Assembly: GCA_963713865.1 (NCBI GenBank)
Contig: OY970208.1
Coordinates: 672,001-736,000, forward strand
Origin: an uncultured candidate division Zixibacteria bacterium
GTDB taxonomy: Bacteria > Zixibacteria > MSB-5A5 > RBG-16-43-9
Direction: 5' to 3'
Length of the DNA stretch: 64,000 nt
Every line of letters begins with the position of its first letter. Position 1 is the first letter of the stretch. The translations under genes were made by a program, and so were the position numbers. Positions 40,004-50,577 of this stretch are shown piece after piece. A model generated the notes under the pieces. The model saw only the letters and a program-made list of their open reading frames with translations. It ran no database searches and was not told the DNA's origin.

Positions 40004-40692
40004 TTATTTTCTGGGACCAAAAATAGCTGTCCCAACTCTAATCATATTTGCTCCTTCCTCAATCGCCATTTCAAAATCCGAGCTCATCCCCATAGAAAGA
40101 TATTTCATCTCTACATTTTCCTTTCTCAAATTCTTCATGGACTCAAATATATTCCTTAACTTTACAAAACAGGGTCTTGCTTTTTCTAATTCATCCGTGA
40201 ATAGACCAACGGTCATCAAACCTTTTATCTTTATATTCTCCAACCTCGACACTTCTTCCACTAATCCCGAATCTCACCCGGTTTAACTCCATATTTAGAT
40301 GGCTCATTTGAGGTATTCACCTCAATTAAAACATCTGCTAACTTTCCCTTTTCTTTTGCTCTTTTTGATATCTCCCGAGCTAAATGCAGGCTATCTACGG
40401 ACTGTATCAGATCAAAAAGCTCCAGCGCCTTTTTAACTTTATTGGTCTGCAGATGCCCAACTAAATGTTTTTCGACATCTCTTTTAATAAACTTGAACTT
40501 CTCCTCAGCTTCCTGAATACGATTTTCTCCTATTATCTTTATCCCGGCATCAATTGCCTCATTTATACTCTCCGGCTCAACGTTTTTAGTTACCGCTACC
40601 AGGGTTATATCTTCCCTTTTGCGACCTGATTTTATAGCCGCTTTCTTAATCCTCTCCTCTAATCTTTTTAAATTCTCAACTAAAGAGTTCAT
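40004..40692 (-). pseudogene. yggs: Frameshifted YggS/PLP homeostasis protein
   Basis: VAVTK, GENRIQE, H.VGHLQTNK in one frame; GLMT, LSMGMSSDF, RVGTAIFG in another; one base missing near 40262-40265. Confidence 0.9.
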
Positions 40693-40749
40693 CGAATTAA
40701 ATTATTATAATATATATTTTTAATAAAAAAGCAACTGAAATTAATGTTT

Positions 40750-41390
40750 TTAGGGATAGGACGGTGTCCTGTCCTCTAAGTATTCCCTCTCCTTTTTAAG
40801 GGGAGAGCAGGGCGAGGTTTATGTAGGGGAAACCTTAAGGTTTCCCCTAAAAACAATGGAAGGTTGAAGCCTTCCGCTACAAACAAAAAACGCAGAGTCG
40901 GGATCAGGCGTTACAATTTTTTTCCTTTGAACCTTAATCCTTTTAACTATTGAACATTTATTTTGGCAGCCATTGGATGCACTTCATAGTTTGAATAACT
41001 AATACCTTTTCACTGCTCTCTTCTTTTTAAGGAGAGGAGGAATGCATAGGGGTTACCCCCTCCTTCGGCTCTGCTCAAGACGGTGCGCTTATCGAACCGT
41101 GTGGTCGCCCATTATCAGGGCAGGCACGGGGGCCTACCCCAATAATATATTTGACCTCTCCTCTCCTACGGATACCTATTGGGAAAGACCCGTTTTTCGG
41201 GAAAAGAGAGGGTAAAAAATTTTTGTAGCGTGTCCCTTTCAGATTCGTCTAAAAAAGAGACGTATTGCTATGCATCTCTACCTCTGATATTCGCAGAGGG
41301 GTGGGTAGTTTGAAGCCCACCCTTACTCCTCTTTCCCTGCGATATACCAATCATGCATTGTCACGGACGGTGCACTCCGTATATTAAAAA
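40750..41390. repeat. Non-coding tract of fragmented REP-like repeats
   Basis: Many short palindromes (e.g. TAGGGGAAACCTTAAGGTTTCCCCTA, GGAAGGTTGAAGCCTTCC); no credible ORF. Confidence 0.65.
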
Positions 41391-41502
41391 ACTGTTGACA
41401 TTTTTTTTCAAAACATTACTTTGCCTTCAAAAGTTGGGGTGAACGAAGCGCAAGGATTTAGTCTTCTCCCCTACGGGGAGGGAAAGGGAGGTGGGGTAAG
41501 GT

Positions 41503-41694
41503 ATGGAAAAAGATTTTCCAGAGTGCCTTAAGTGTAACAAAGGAATTCTTTTGCCTCTCTCCGATTATGGCAGAGAGGGTGCAAGCATAAGATATAAAGC
41601 CTGGGTTTGCTCTAACCCAGCCTGCGGATTTTCCATCCGCATAGACAACGGTGAGATAAGCTTTGGCAAGACCATAGCTAATTCTAATAAGTAA
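41503..41694 (+). CDS. 63-aa putative zinc-ribbon protein
   Basis: CxxC...CxxxxC; GGAGGTG upstream; TTGACA at 41395-41400. Confidence 0.75.
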   Translation: MEKDFPECLKCNKGILLPLSDYGREGASIRYKAWVCSNPACGFSIRIDNGEISFGKTIANSNK

Positions 41695-41801
41695 ATAATT
41701 TTTTTAGTCTTTTAAATGCGCTTCGTTCCTTCTCAACTTTATTAAGTTATTTCGGGAAACGGATCCTTCCAGTCTAGGATGGATCCAGAAGATAGGGAAA
41801 G

Positions 41802-42725
41802 ATGTGGGAGAAATTGTTGGATAATCTCTGGCTGAAATTTGGGGCGATCCTTTTAGCCTTCCTTTTGTGGTTTTATGCTTCAACTGATAAGCCTTATGAA
41901 TATACTTTCAATTACGATTTGAAATTGATTAACCTTTCCCCGGAGCTAATCTTGGCTGAACCTCTGCCGGATATGGTTAAGGTGAAAATCTATGGCAAGG
42001 GGAAGGAGCTTTTAAAGCTATTTGTTTTAAAAGAAAGAAGCTTGAAAATCGACGTTCAGAAATATTCTGGTGGAGAGTTTGAGTACCAAATTAAAGCTGA
42101 GATGGCAACTATTCCAGAGGGATTAAATCTATCAGCCATTGAGGTCGTTTCACCTAAGATCCTGAAGATCAATTTACAAAAAGTTGAAGAGAGAAAAGTT
42201 CCAATAATCTCTCAGCTTTCTTTTTCATTAGAGGAAGGTTATTTTCAGAAAGGAGAGATAAGATTTACTCCAGAGAAGGTCTGGATTAAAGGTCCATCTG
42301 AGAATGTTAACAAAATCAAATATATTCTGACCCAGAAGAAGGAATTTCAGGACTTAAGTGAATCTTTTACCGGAAAGATAGATTTAATTTCTCCACCTTT
42401 TTTTAATCTCAAGATATCGCCTCCGAGGGTTGATTTCTCTGTAGAGGTTCAAAAGGGAGAGAAGAAAAGGTTAGAGAATTTACCAATCACAATCATAAAT
42501 ATCCCCAGGGGGAGAAAAATCCACCTGACACCCAAGACTATCAATCTGGAGCTTTTGGGAGAAAAAGAAATACTTGAAAAACTTACTTTAGAGAAAATAA
42601 AAGTAATTATAGACTGTCAAGGAATAAAAAGGGGAGAGACAAAAACTTCTCCTTTGATTCAGCTTCCAGAAGATATACTACTTTTTAAGACAGAGCCAGA
42701 TAGTTTTAACTTAATTGTAAATTAG
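41802..42725 (+). CDS. YbbR/CdaR-like protein
   Basis: N..LK..A..LA.LLW N-terminal anchor, repeated P..V...G YbbR-like domains. Confidence 0.8.
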   Translation: MWEKLLDNLWLKFGAILLAFLLWFYASTDKPYEYTFNYDLKLINLSPELILAEPLPDMVKVKIYGKGKELLKLFVLKERSLKIDVQKYSGGEFEYQIKAEMATIPEGLNLSAIEVVSPKILKINLQKVEERKVPIISQLSFSLEEGYFQKGEIRFTPEKVWIKGPSENVNKIKYILTQKKEFQDLSESFTGKIDLISPPFFNLKISPPRVDFSVEVQKGEKKRLENLPITIINIPRGRKIHLTPKTINLELLGEKEILEKLTLEKIKVIIDCQGIKRGETKTSPLIQLPEDILLFKTEPDSFNLIVN

Positions 42726-42726
42726 T

Positions 42727-43737
42727 ATGCTTGTCTTAGGAATTGAAACCTCCTGCGATGAAACCTCAGTAGCTGTAATTCAGGATGGGCGGAGGATACT
42801 TTCCAATGTGGTTTTCTCCCAATGGGTTCATAAAAGATACTGGGGCGTTGTCCCAGAGCTTGCCTCCAGAGAACATATAAAGACGATTTTGCCCATTTTA
42901 AAGACTGCTCTGGATGAAGCTAAAGTCACTCTAAAGGAGATCGAGGGTATCGCGGTTACCTGTGGTCCAGGTCTGGTTGGCTCTCTTTTAATCGGGCTTT
43001 CCTTAACTAAGGGATTAGCTTATGGTTTAAAGGTCCCGTTTATCGGGATAAATCATCTTGAAGGGCATATCTTCGCCAATTTCTTAGAGTATCCTGACCT
43101 TTCACCTCCTTTGATCTGCCTTATAGTCTCTGGAGGGCACTCCACCTTAGTTTATATTAAAGATAAGGGAGAGTATAAGGTTCTGGGACGAACGAGAGAT
43201 GATGCTCCTGGGGAGGCATTTGATAAGGTGGCAAGGATTCTGGACTTAGAATATCCGGGGGGGCCTTCTATTGATAAATTAAGCCAGAGTTGCAAATCTT
43301 CTAAGATGAAATTTCCCAGAGCTTTTTTAGAAGAAGGGAGTTTTGATTTCTCTTTTAGCGGATTGAAAACTGCAGTAGCTATATATGTTTCTAAATTATC
43401 TGTAAAGGAGAAGGAGGAACAAAAGTCCTGTATAGCTAAAGGATTTCAAGAGGCAATCGTGGATGTACTCGTAGAGAAATTTTTAAAAGCTGCCATGGAA
43501 CTTAAAGTAAAGAAGATCGCTTTATCCGGAGGAGTGGCTAATAATAGTTACTTAAGGCAGAAATTGAGTCTGGAAGCTAGCAAAGAAGGGTTGGAGCTTT
43601 ATGTCCCCTCACCTGTCTTGTGTACAGACAATGCAGCCATGATAGCTTCAGCTGGTGATTTTCATCTTCAAAGAAAAGAAAGCTCTTCTCTTAATCTAAA
43701 CGCCTTTCCACATCTTCCTTTGGGTCAAAAAGTATAA
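42727..43737 (+). CDS. tsaD: tRNA threonylcarbamoyltransferase TsaD
   Basis: LGIETSCDET, GVVPELASREH, NHLEGH, VSGGH, FSFSGLKT, CTDNAAMI. Confidence 0.98.
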   Translation: MLVLGIETSCDETSVAVIQDGRRILSNVVFSQWVHKRYWGVVPELASREHIKTILPILKTALDEAKVTLKEIEGIAVTCGPGLVGSLLIGLSLTKGLAYGLKVPFIGINHLEGHIFANFLEYPDLSPPLICLIVSGGHSTLVYIKDKGEYKVLGRTRDDAPGEAFDKVARILDLEYPGGPSIDKLSQSCKSSKMKFPRAFLEEGSFDFSFSGLKTAVAIYVSKLSVKEKEEQKSCIAKGFQEAIVDVLVEKFLKAAMELKVKKIALSGGVANNSYLRQKLSLEASKEGLELYVPSPVLCTDNAAMIASAGDFHLQRKESSSLNLNAFPHLPLGQKV

Positions 43738-43967
43738 ACTAAAATTTATTTTAAAAGATGTTTTAGGAATTCTGGAGTGTAAATCTTCAGGTTTACTAAA
43801 ATTAACTTCACAGCTCTTTTTCACGGATTTTTCAATCCACCTTCAGCAGAAAGGTAAAGCTATCCCGCTGATGGCGGGATACACTCCAGTTTTTTATAAA
43901 GCATGACGATAAAGTATATATAAAATTCTTTAATTGTCCAAAAGGGGGCAGAAAAGAGTTCATCTAT

Positions 43968-46967
43968 ATGGATGTGGATATCACGGAACGCAAGCAGGCG
44001 GAAGAGGCTTTGCGTATGTCCGAGGAGAAATACCGGTTTCTCTTTGAGAAAAGTCCTACCTTAAACATAATAATCAGCGTTGATGGCGTGATAAAAGATA
44101 TAAATGAAGGTATGATCAAACAGTACGGTTATGCAAAAGAGGAAATCATCGGCAGGTCTGCGTTAGATTTTGTAATTCCTGAACAAAAGGAGGAAGTAGC
44201 CAAGATACTGGAAAAAGATTTTAAGGATGAATATACCCCTGAAATCGATGTAAGTGTGAAAGCTAAAGACGGGTCGATTCATACGGTATTGTTCATGCCC
44301 GGTAGTATAATATTCTATGAAAAGAATCAGTCTGCCAGCATACTTATCACAGGGATTGACATTACCGAAAGCAAGAAAGCAGAAAAGGCTTTGCGGGAAA
44401 GCGAAGAGAAATTCAGGAACCTTGCGGAACAATCACCAAACATGATCTTCATCAACAAAAAGGGTAGAGTAGTCTATGCCAATCAAAGATGCGAAGAGAT
44501 TATGGGATATTCAAGAAATGAGTTTTACTCCCCTGATTTCGACTTCCTTTCTTTGATCGCACCAGAATGTGTAGATTTAGTAAAGTCAAGTTTTAACATG
44601 CATGTGAAGGATGAAGAGATCACTCCATACGAATATACACTCATCACCAAAGAAGGGGAAAAAGTAGATACCATACTCACCACAAAATTGATAACCTACG
44701 AAGGAGAGAATGCCATCCTTGGAACAGTAACAGATATCACCGAGCGCAAGAAGATGGATGAAAAGATGATCCAGGCAAATGAAGAGCTTAAAGCTTTAAA
44801 TGCCATCGCCTCCATCGCCAACCAAACTTTAAACTTAGAGATGATCCTAGAAGAGACCATAGATAAAGTTCTGGAGGTAACTGAATGCCATGCTGGAGGA
44901 ATTTATATACTAAATCAGGCCACCAAAGAGTTGGAGTTAAAAACCTGCAGAGGTCTTTCCTCTGAAGCAGTTAAAGAGGTTGACAAGTTAAAATTAGGAG
45001 AGGGGTTTTCTGGAAGGATCGCCTTAAACGGTGAGCCCATTATGGTTGAGGATATAACTCAAGATCCCCGGTTAACCCGCTTGATAATGAAGAAAGAAGG
45101 GGTTCATTCTTATTTGGGAGTTCCGCTAAAATCTAAGGGAAAGATACTGGGTACCCTTTTTGTTATCACCCAAAAGAATAGAAAGTATAACTTGGATGAG
45201 GTCGAGCTTTTACTCTCCATTGGAAATCAGATCGGTATGGCTGTGGAAAATGCTTACCTTTTCAAAGAGGCTGAACAATGGATTATTCAGTTAGAGGCTA
45301 TAAGGAACATAACCAATAGATTGAATAAGTTAAATGATGTTAAAACCGTAGCCTCCTCAGTTATGGAAGAGATAAAAAAGGTGATAGATTTTGACAACTG
45401 CAGGGTTTATCTTTTGAGCGAAAATAAAAATGAGCTTATCCCAGTTGCATTCGGGAGTGAGGTTGAGGAATATAGAGGGGAGACTGAGGAGGTCCTGCGT
45501 CTTAAAGTGGGGGAAGGAATAACGGGTTGGGTTGCCCAGACCGGTGAGCCCCAGGTAATAGATGACGGGGAAAGGCACCCTCGCTCCCGGCATATCTCTG
45601 GTTCTCCTTATGTGGATGAATCGATGATTGTCTCACCTATGACCTATGAGGGGGAGGTCAGAGGGGTTATCACCCTGTCCAAATTGGGATTGAAGCAGTT
45701 CAATCAAAACCATCTGACTCTGCTGAATATACTGGCGAATGAGGCGGTAGTGGCAATTGAGAATGCAAAACTTTTCCAGAGCTTAAAACAGGCTTATGCC
45801 AAGCTGAAAGAGGCACAGGAGCAGTTGATTCAGTCTGAGAAGCTGAGGGCTTTAGGGGAGATGGCTGGAGGAGTGGCGCATGATTTTAATAACCTTTTAG
45901 GTGCGATCTTGGGAAGAGCACAACTCTTACTCCTTTCTACCCAGGAGAAAGAGACAAAGAAGGGGCTGAGCGTAATCGAGAAAGCGGCATTAGACGGTGC
46001 GGAGACGGTCCGGCGAATTCAGGAATTCACCCGTTTAAGAACGGATGAAAACTTCAAGCTGCTTGATCTGAACGAGATATTAATGGAATCTTTAGAGATA
46101 ACTAAACATAAATGGAAAGATGAAGCGCAGAAGAAAGGGATTTTGATCCAGGTCGAAACTGATTTAAACCAGAACCTTGCTCCGGTCGCCGGCAACCCTT
46201 CAGAACTGCGTGAGGTTTTCGTCAATATGATCTTGAATTCGGTCGATGCCATGACTAAAGGAGGAACTCTTAAAATCTCCTCACAGATAAATGAAAATCA
46301 TATCCTTGCCTCGATTACGGATACAGGTATAGGGATGTCCGAAGCAGTCAAAAGGAAGGTCTTCGATCCCTTTTTCACCACAAAGGGTCCAAAGGGGAAT
46401 GGATTGGGTATGAGCTTAGCTTATGGGATAATCGTGCGGCACAGTGGAAAGATTTTAATTGAAAGTCAGGAAGGAGAAGGGACCACCTTTACGGTGAGAC
46501 TGCCGAAAAGAAAATTTGACGAGCTAAAAATAATTAAAGAAAAAATTTCAGGGGAAAACCAGTCTGAAAACATTTTGATAATCGACGATGAACCTGCTAT
46601 TCGGGATCTGCTTTGTGATCTCATCCAGTCAAAGGGACACCAAGCTATGGCTGTAGATAACAGCTTAAAAGGGATAGAGTTATTTAAAAAAGGGGAATTC
46701 GGGATTGTCTTTACTGATCTGAGTATGCCGGAGATGTCCGGCTGGGAAGTAGTTGAACAGCTGAAAGCTTTAGAACCGGAGGCGGTGATTGTGATGGTAA
46801 TTGGCTGGGGAACTCAGGTGGATAACAAAAAAATAAAAGCTAATTCGGTAGACCTTTTAATGGATAAACCACTTGAGGTAAAAAAGTTTTTTGAAATCTT
46901 AAACCAGGCACTGAAGATTAAAAAGGACAGGTGGAAAAAGAGATTGGAAAAGGTCGCTTCTCATTAA
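43968..46967 (+). CDS. Hybrid sensor histidine kinase (PAS-PAS-GAF-GAF-HisKA-HATPase-REC)
   Basis: DITERK PAC motifs, GAF ..A.ENA.L, GGVAHDFNNLL, DTGIGM, FDPFFTTK, GLGMS, C-terminal receiver. Confidence 0.93.
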   Translation: MDVDITERKQAEEALRMSEEKYRFLFEKSPTLNIIISVDGVIKDINEGMIKQYGYAKEEIIGRSALDFVIPEQKEEVAKILEKDFKDEYTPEIDVSVKAKDGSIHTVLFMPGSIIFYEKNQSASILITGIDITESKKAEKALRESEEKFRNLAEQSPNMIFINKKGRVVYANQRCEEIMGYSRNEFYSPDFDFLSLIAPECVDLVKSSFNMHVKDEEITPYEYTLITKEGEKVDTILTTKLITYEGENAILGTVTDITERKKMDEKMIQANEELKALNAIASIANQTLNLEMILEETIDKVLEVTECHAGGIYILNQATKELELKTCRGLSSEAVKEVDKLKLGEGFSGRIALNGEPIMVEDITQDPRLTRLIMKKEGVHSYLGVPLKSKGKILGTLFVITQKNRKYNLDEVELLLSIGNQIGMAVENAYLFKEAEQWIIQLEAIRNITNRLNKLNDVKTVASSVMEEIKKVIDFDNCRVYLLSENKNELIPVAFGSEVEEYRGETEEVLRLKVGEGITGWVAQTGEPQVIDDGERHPRSRHISGSPYVDESMIVSPMTYEGEVRGVITLSKLGLKQFNQNHLTLLNILANEAVVAIENAKLFQSLKQAYAKLKEAQEQLIQSEKLRALGEMAGGVAHDFNNLLGAILGRAQLLLLSTQEKETKKGLSVIEKAALDGAETVRRIQEFTRLRTDENFKLLDLNEILMESLEITKHKWKDEAQKKGILIQVETDLNQNLAPVAGNPSELREVFVNMILNSVDAMTKGGTLKISSQINENHILASITDTGIGMSEAVKRKVFDPFFTTKGPKGNGLGMSLAYGIIVRHSGKILIESQEGEGTTFTVRLPKRKFDELKIIKEKISGENQSENILIIDDEPAIRDLLCDLIQSKGHQAMAVDNSLKGIELFKKGEFGIVFTDLSMPEMSGWEVVEQLKALEPEAVIVMVIGWGTQVDNKKIKANSVDLLMDKPLEVKKFFEILNQALKIKKDRWKKRLEKVASH

Positions 46968-47099
46968 AATGACATTCTGTTAATAAGCTCAATTCTTATG
47001 GAAAGCCGTAGCAATAAATTGCATCGGCTTTTTTTATTGACTTTTGATTATTTAGAGATGAAATTAGGAATGAAAAGAATCTTTATAAAAAGAGACTAC

Positions 47100-47477
47100 A
47101 TGGGAAAAAAAGATGAGCATCAAAATACAGGTTATGAACTTCAAAAATGGCATCATCCCGGTGGTAAACTCAGAGAATTTGGCGCCAAAAGCCTTTCAGA
47201 TGCGGAATTGCTCTCAATTCTGATCTCCACAGGTATCAAAGGGAAATCAGCAGAGAAGATTGCAGAAGAAATACTGGCAAAGTTTGGCTCTTTCAAGGGG
47301 ATGTCAAACCAGCCACTGGAGAAATTCTTAAAGATAAAAGGGCTTGGTGATGTAAAGATTATACGGATTGCTGCAGCTTTTGAAATCGCCAAGAGGTGTG
47401 TTGATTTAATTGTCAAGGATTTAAAAGAGGATAAAGAGTTGCGAAAAGAGGTTCTTGGGGGTAAGGAAGATGAGTAA
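47100..47477 (+). CDS. Stand-alone RadC/UPF0758 N-terminal (HhH) domain protein
   Basis: G..SLSDAELL.IL..TG..GKSA...A.E.L..FGS...L.IKGLG.VK...I.AAFE.AKR; no JAB (HxHPS) domain. Confidence 0.8.
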   Translation: MGKKDEHQNTGYELQKWHHPGGKLREFGAKSLSDAELLSILISTGIKGKSAEKIAEEILAKFGSFKGMSNQPLEKFLKIKGLGDVKIIRIAAAFEIAKRCVDLIVKDLKEDKELRKEVLGGKEDE

Positions 47478-50400
47478 ATTAAAAGGAAAGCAGACCAAAA
47501 GTCCCAGTCCTTTTGAAATGAAAACGCACAAAACTGAGCAGACAGCGGTTGCAATTTTGATGCACTGGATGAGGGAAATTATTAAGAAGAAGAGCTTAGA
47601 CTTGGGAATGCCTGATGTTGAAACTTCAGGTACTGATAGGAAGAGACCTGATACTGTCATATATGAATCACGACGAAGCCAAAATGTCCTATGCGTGGTT
47701 GAAGCCAAACAACCTTTTTTCGATGTTTACGATGAAACCTTAAAAGATGATGCAAGAAAGAAAGCCAACAAAAGAGGTGCACGATATTTTGTTACAACCA
47801 ATTTCAAAAAGTTAATATGGTGGAAAACTCAAGAAGCTAACAATCCTAGCATACCTGAGCCAAAACAAATCGTTGATACATATTACCTCTCAGAGATTGA
47901 AAATCTTGATGATATAGAACAGATAAGATACACTGAACCTATAAAAAGGAAACTTGAAGAGTTTCTCACCAAACTCTACGCGATTTATTCTGGTAAAGAA
48001 CCTGAGCCCAAAAAAGCTATAGATGAGCTTTTAATCTTTACCCTTCACGAGAAGATAAGAGTTCTTTCAACTTATTACAGAAGGATTATTGATGACCAGT
48101 GTCATAAGGATACAGTTTTTGCCAAAAAACTAAAAAACTGGTTTTTAGAACAGGGGTGGGGTTTTGCCTGGCAACCGCAGGACTTTGATAAAGCTGCTAG
48201 ACAAACAGCATACCTTCTTGTCAACAAGATTCTTTTCTATAACCTCCTTCAGACAAAAAGACCAGGTGAACTTGACCCCCTCGAAATACCTGAGGGTCTT
48301 ACCAAAGGCGCAATGCTTCAGACAACCTTACAGGGTTATTTCAACCAGATTTTGAAAATAGATTATGAAACCATCTATACTGCGGACTTTATAGATACAA
48401 CTGCTTTCCCTGAGGCAAAAGAGGTTGTAAGGGAAATTAAGGAAATAGTAAACATCTTCAAAAAATATGATTTTTCCACACTTGGTTACGATGTTCTCGG
48501 CAGAATCTTTGAGCGTCTTATCCCGCAGGATGAGCGCCACAATTTAGGTCAGTATTTCACCAGCCCCGATGTGGTTGATTTAATCCTCAGGTTCTGTTTA
48601 CAGCATGAGGATGATAAAATCCTTGACCCAGCTTGTGGAGCTGGAACTTTTCTGGTGAGGGCTTATCAACATAAAAAATTGATGAATCAGAGACTTGGGC
48701 ATGAAAGAATTCTGAATACTCTCTGGGGTAATGACATTGCCAAATTCCCAGCTACCCTTGCTACGATTAACTTGGCTATTAATGACCTGGGTGTGGATAA
48801 AAATTACCCTAATATACTTCAAGAAGATTTTTTTGCCCTTCTTGTGGGAAGGGAAGGTTTTGACCCTGATAAGTGGAGAAAAGCCAGAGCAAAAACTCTT
48901 AGACTCGAAGAGCGAGAGGTTACCTATCCTCGATGGTTTGATGCGATAGTTGGCAATCCACCATATACAAGGCAGGAAGAGATAGCAGAAATATCTCCTG
49001 AGGATATTGAGTATAAGGAAAAACTTATAAAAAAAGCCCTCTTAGATTTACAAGGCAAAAAAGTAGCCGAAATTGGGAAAAGAGCAGGAATACACGCCTA
49101 CTTCTTTGCTCACGGAACAAAGTTCTTAAAAGAAGGTGGACATTTCGGTTTTATCGTCTCCAATTCCTGGCTGGATGTGGATTATGGCAAGGGGTTACAG
49201 GAGTTTTTCCTGGGGAATTATAAGATCATTGCCATCATCGAATCTAAGGTGGAACGCTGGTTTGAAGCCGCAGACATAAACACCTGTATAGTTATTCTTC
49301 AAAAGTATAACGATAAGAAAGAGCGTGACGAAAATATCGTTCGCTTCGTTTATCTTAAAAAGAAACTCCGTGATTTTATACCTCCAGCTCAGGATATGTG
49401 GGAAAAACAGGTGGAAAGATTAAATGCCATAGACAAATTAAAAAAGACAATTCTTGCTCATAACAATCTTTATGAGAATGAAGAACTGAGGATATTTCCT
49501 AAGAGTCAAAAAGAGTTATGGGAGGAAGGATTTGATCCAGAAGAGGACAAATATACCGGAGCAAAATGGGGGAAATATCTGAGAGCACCGGAGATTTTCT
49601 TCAAGATTTTGGAAAAGGGGAAGGGAAAGCTTGTTCCATTGAAAAAAGTTGCTAAAGTGCGCTTTGGAATCAAGACTGGTACCAATGAGTTTTTCTATCT
49701 AACGGAGGAGGAGATAAAGAAAAAAGGGATTGAAAAAGAATTCTGGATGCATAAGGGTAAAAGGGGGAATTGGGTGCCGAATTATGTGATAACATCGCCA
49801 CGAGAGTGTAGGTCTATTGCTGTAAATCCAGAAGGTTTGAAATTTCGTGTTCTGATGATTCACAGTGATAGAAAGAAATTAGAAAATACAAAAGTTTTTA
49901 AGTATATTGAAGCAGGAGAAAGGAAAAAATTTAATGTAAGACCGACTTGTGAAAGTAGGGAAAGATGGTATGATTTAGGGTATCAAACACCTCCCGATGG
50001 TATCTGGTTTAAAGCTTTCAACGATAGATTCTTAGCCCCTCTTAACATTTGGCAAGCCTTCTCAAGTGATAGGTTTTATGCAATTTATCTTAAAAACAAA
50101 GTTTTTAAAAACAGTTTATTTCTCTATCTTAATTCGACATTACCTATCTTAGTCGTTGAACTCTTTGGGAGAGTCAATTTGGGTGAAGGCGCGCTTGATA
50201 ACATGACTTATGAGGCAGCAGCAATGTTTGTTCTAGATGTTAGTAAGGAACATATCAGTAATGGTAGAAAATTTAGAGAAATATTTAATCGTCCCATAGA
50301 GGATGTTTTCAGAGAACTCGGTGCCTCCTTTCCTGAGGAAGTTTCTTTTGACAAGGTCAAGCCTGACCGCAGGGAGCTGGATAAAATTATTATGGGTGAA

Positions 50401-50577
50401 ATCTTGGGCTTAACAGATGAGGAGCAACTGGAAGTTTATCGGGCGGTGGTGGATTTAGTGAAGTCAAGGATTGAGAAAGCGAAGAGTGTGGGGAAAAATA
50501 ATAAGATAGTAGAGGGGATCAATTTATATGCAATTAAGAAAGTGATTATGGATAATATGCTAAGTGATGGAGATTGA
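47470..50577 (+). CDS. Type IIG (Eco57I-like) fused restriction endonuclease-methyltransferase
   Basis: KRPD...VVEAK nuclease motif, GQYFT, ILDPACGAGTFL (motif I), IVGNPPY (motif IV), C-terminal TRD; start ATG 47470 after AAGGA. Confidence 0.9.
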   Translation: MSKLKGKQTKSPSPFEMKTHKTEQTAVAILMHWMREIIKKKSLDLGMPDVETSGTDRKRPDTVIYESRRSQNVLCVVEAKQPFFDVYDETLKDDARKKANKRGARYFVTTNFKKLIWWKTQEANNPSIPEPKQIVDTYYLSEIENLDDIEQIRYTEPIKRKLEEFLTKLYAIYSGKEPEPKKAIDELLIFTLHEKIRVLSTYYRRIIDDQCHKDTVFAKKLKNWFLEQGWGFAWQPQDFDKAARQTAYLLVNKILFYNLLQTKRPGELDPLEIPEGLTKGAMLQTTLQGYFNQILKIDYETIYTADFIDTTAFPEAKEVVREIKEIVNIFKKYDFSTLGYDVLGRIFERLIPQDERHNLGQYFTSPDVVDLILRFCLQHEDDKILDPACGAGTFLVRAYQHKKLMNQRLGHERILNTLWGNDIAKFPATLATINLAINDLGVDKNYPNILQEDFFALLVGREGFDPDKWRKARAKTLRLEEREVTYPRWFDAIVGNPPYTRQEEIAEISPEDIEYKEKLIKKALLDLQGKKVAEIGKRAGIHAYFFAHGTKFLKEGGHFGFIVSNSWLDVDYGKGLQEFFLGNYKIIAIIESKVERWFEAADINTCIVILQKYNDKKERDENIVRFVYLKKKLRDFIPPAQDMWEKQVERLNAIDKLKKTILAHNNLYENEELRIFPKSQKELWEEGFDPEEDKYTGAKWGKYLRAPEIFFKILEKGKGKLVPLKKVAKVRFGIKTGTNEFFYLTEEEIKKKGIEKEFWMHKGKRGNWVPNYVITSPRECRSIAVNPEGLKFRVLMIHSDRKKLENTKVFKYIEAGERKKFNVRPTCESRERWYDLGYQTPPDGIWFKAFNDRFLAPLNIWQAFSSDRFYAIYLKNKVFKNSLFLYLNSTLPILVVELFGRVNLGEGALDNMTYEAAAMFVLDVSKEHISNGRKFREIFNRPIEDVFRELGASFPEEVSFDKVKPDRRELDKIIMGEILGLTDEEQLEVYRAVVDLVKSRIEKAKSVGKNNKIVEGINLYAIKKVIMDNMLSDGD

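Noticed and set aside
39888-40286. 132-aa + strand ORF
   Set aside because: Starts in repeats and runs antisense to yggS.
40750-41390. Possible tRNA, riboswitch or large ncRNA in the long intergenic region
   Set aside because: No cloverleaf or recognisable aptamer; the hairpins match dispersed REP-like families. An Rfam search was not possible.
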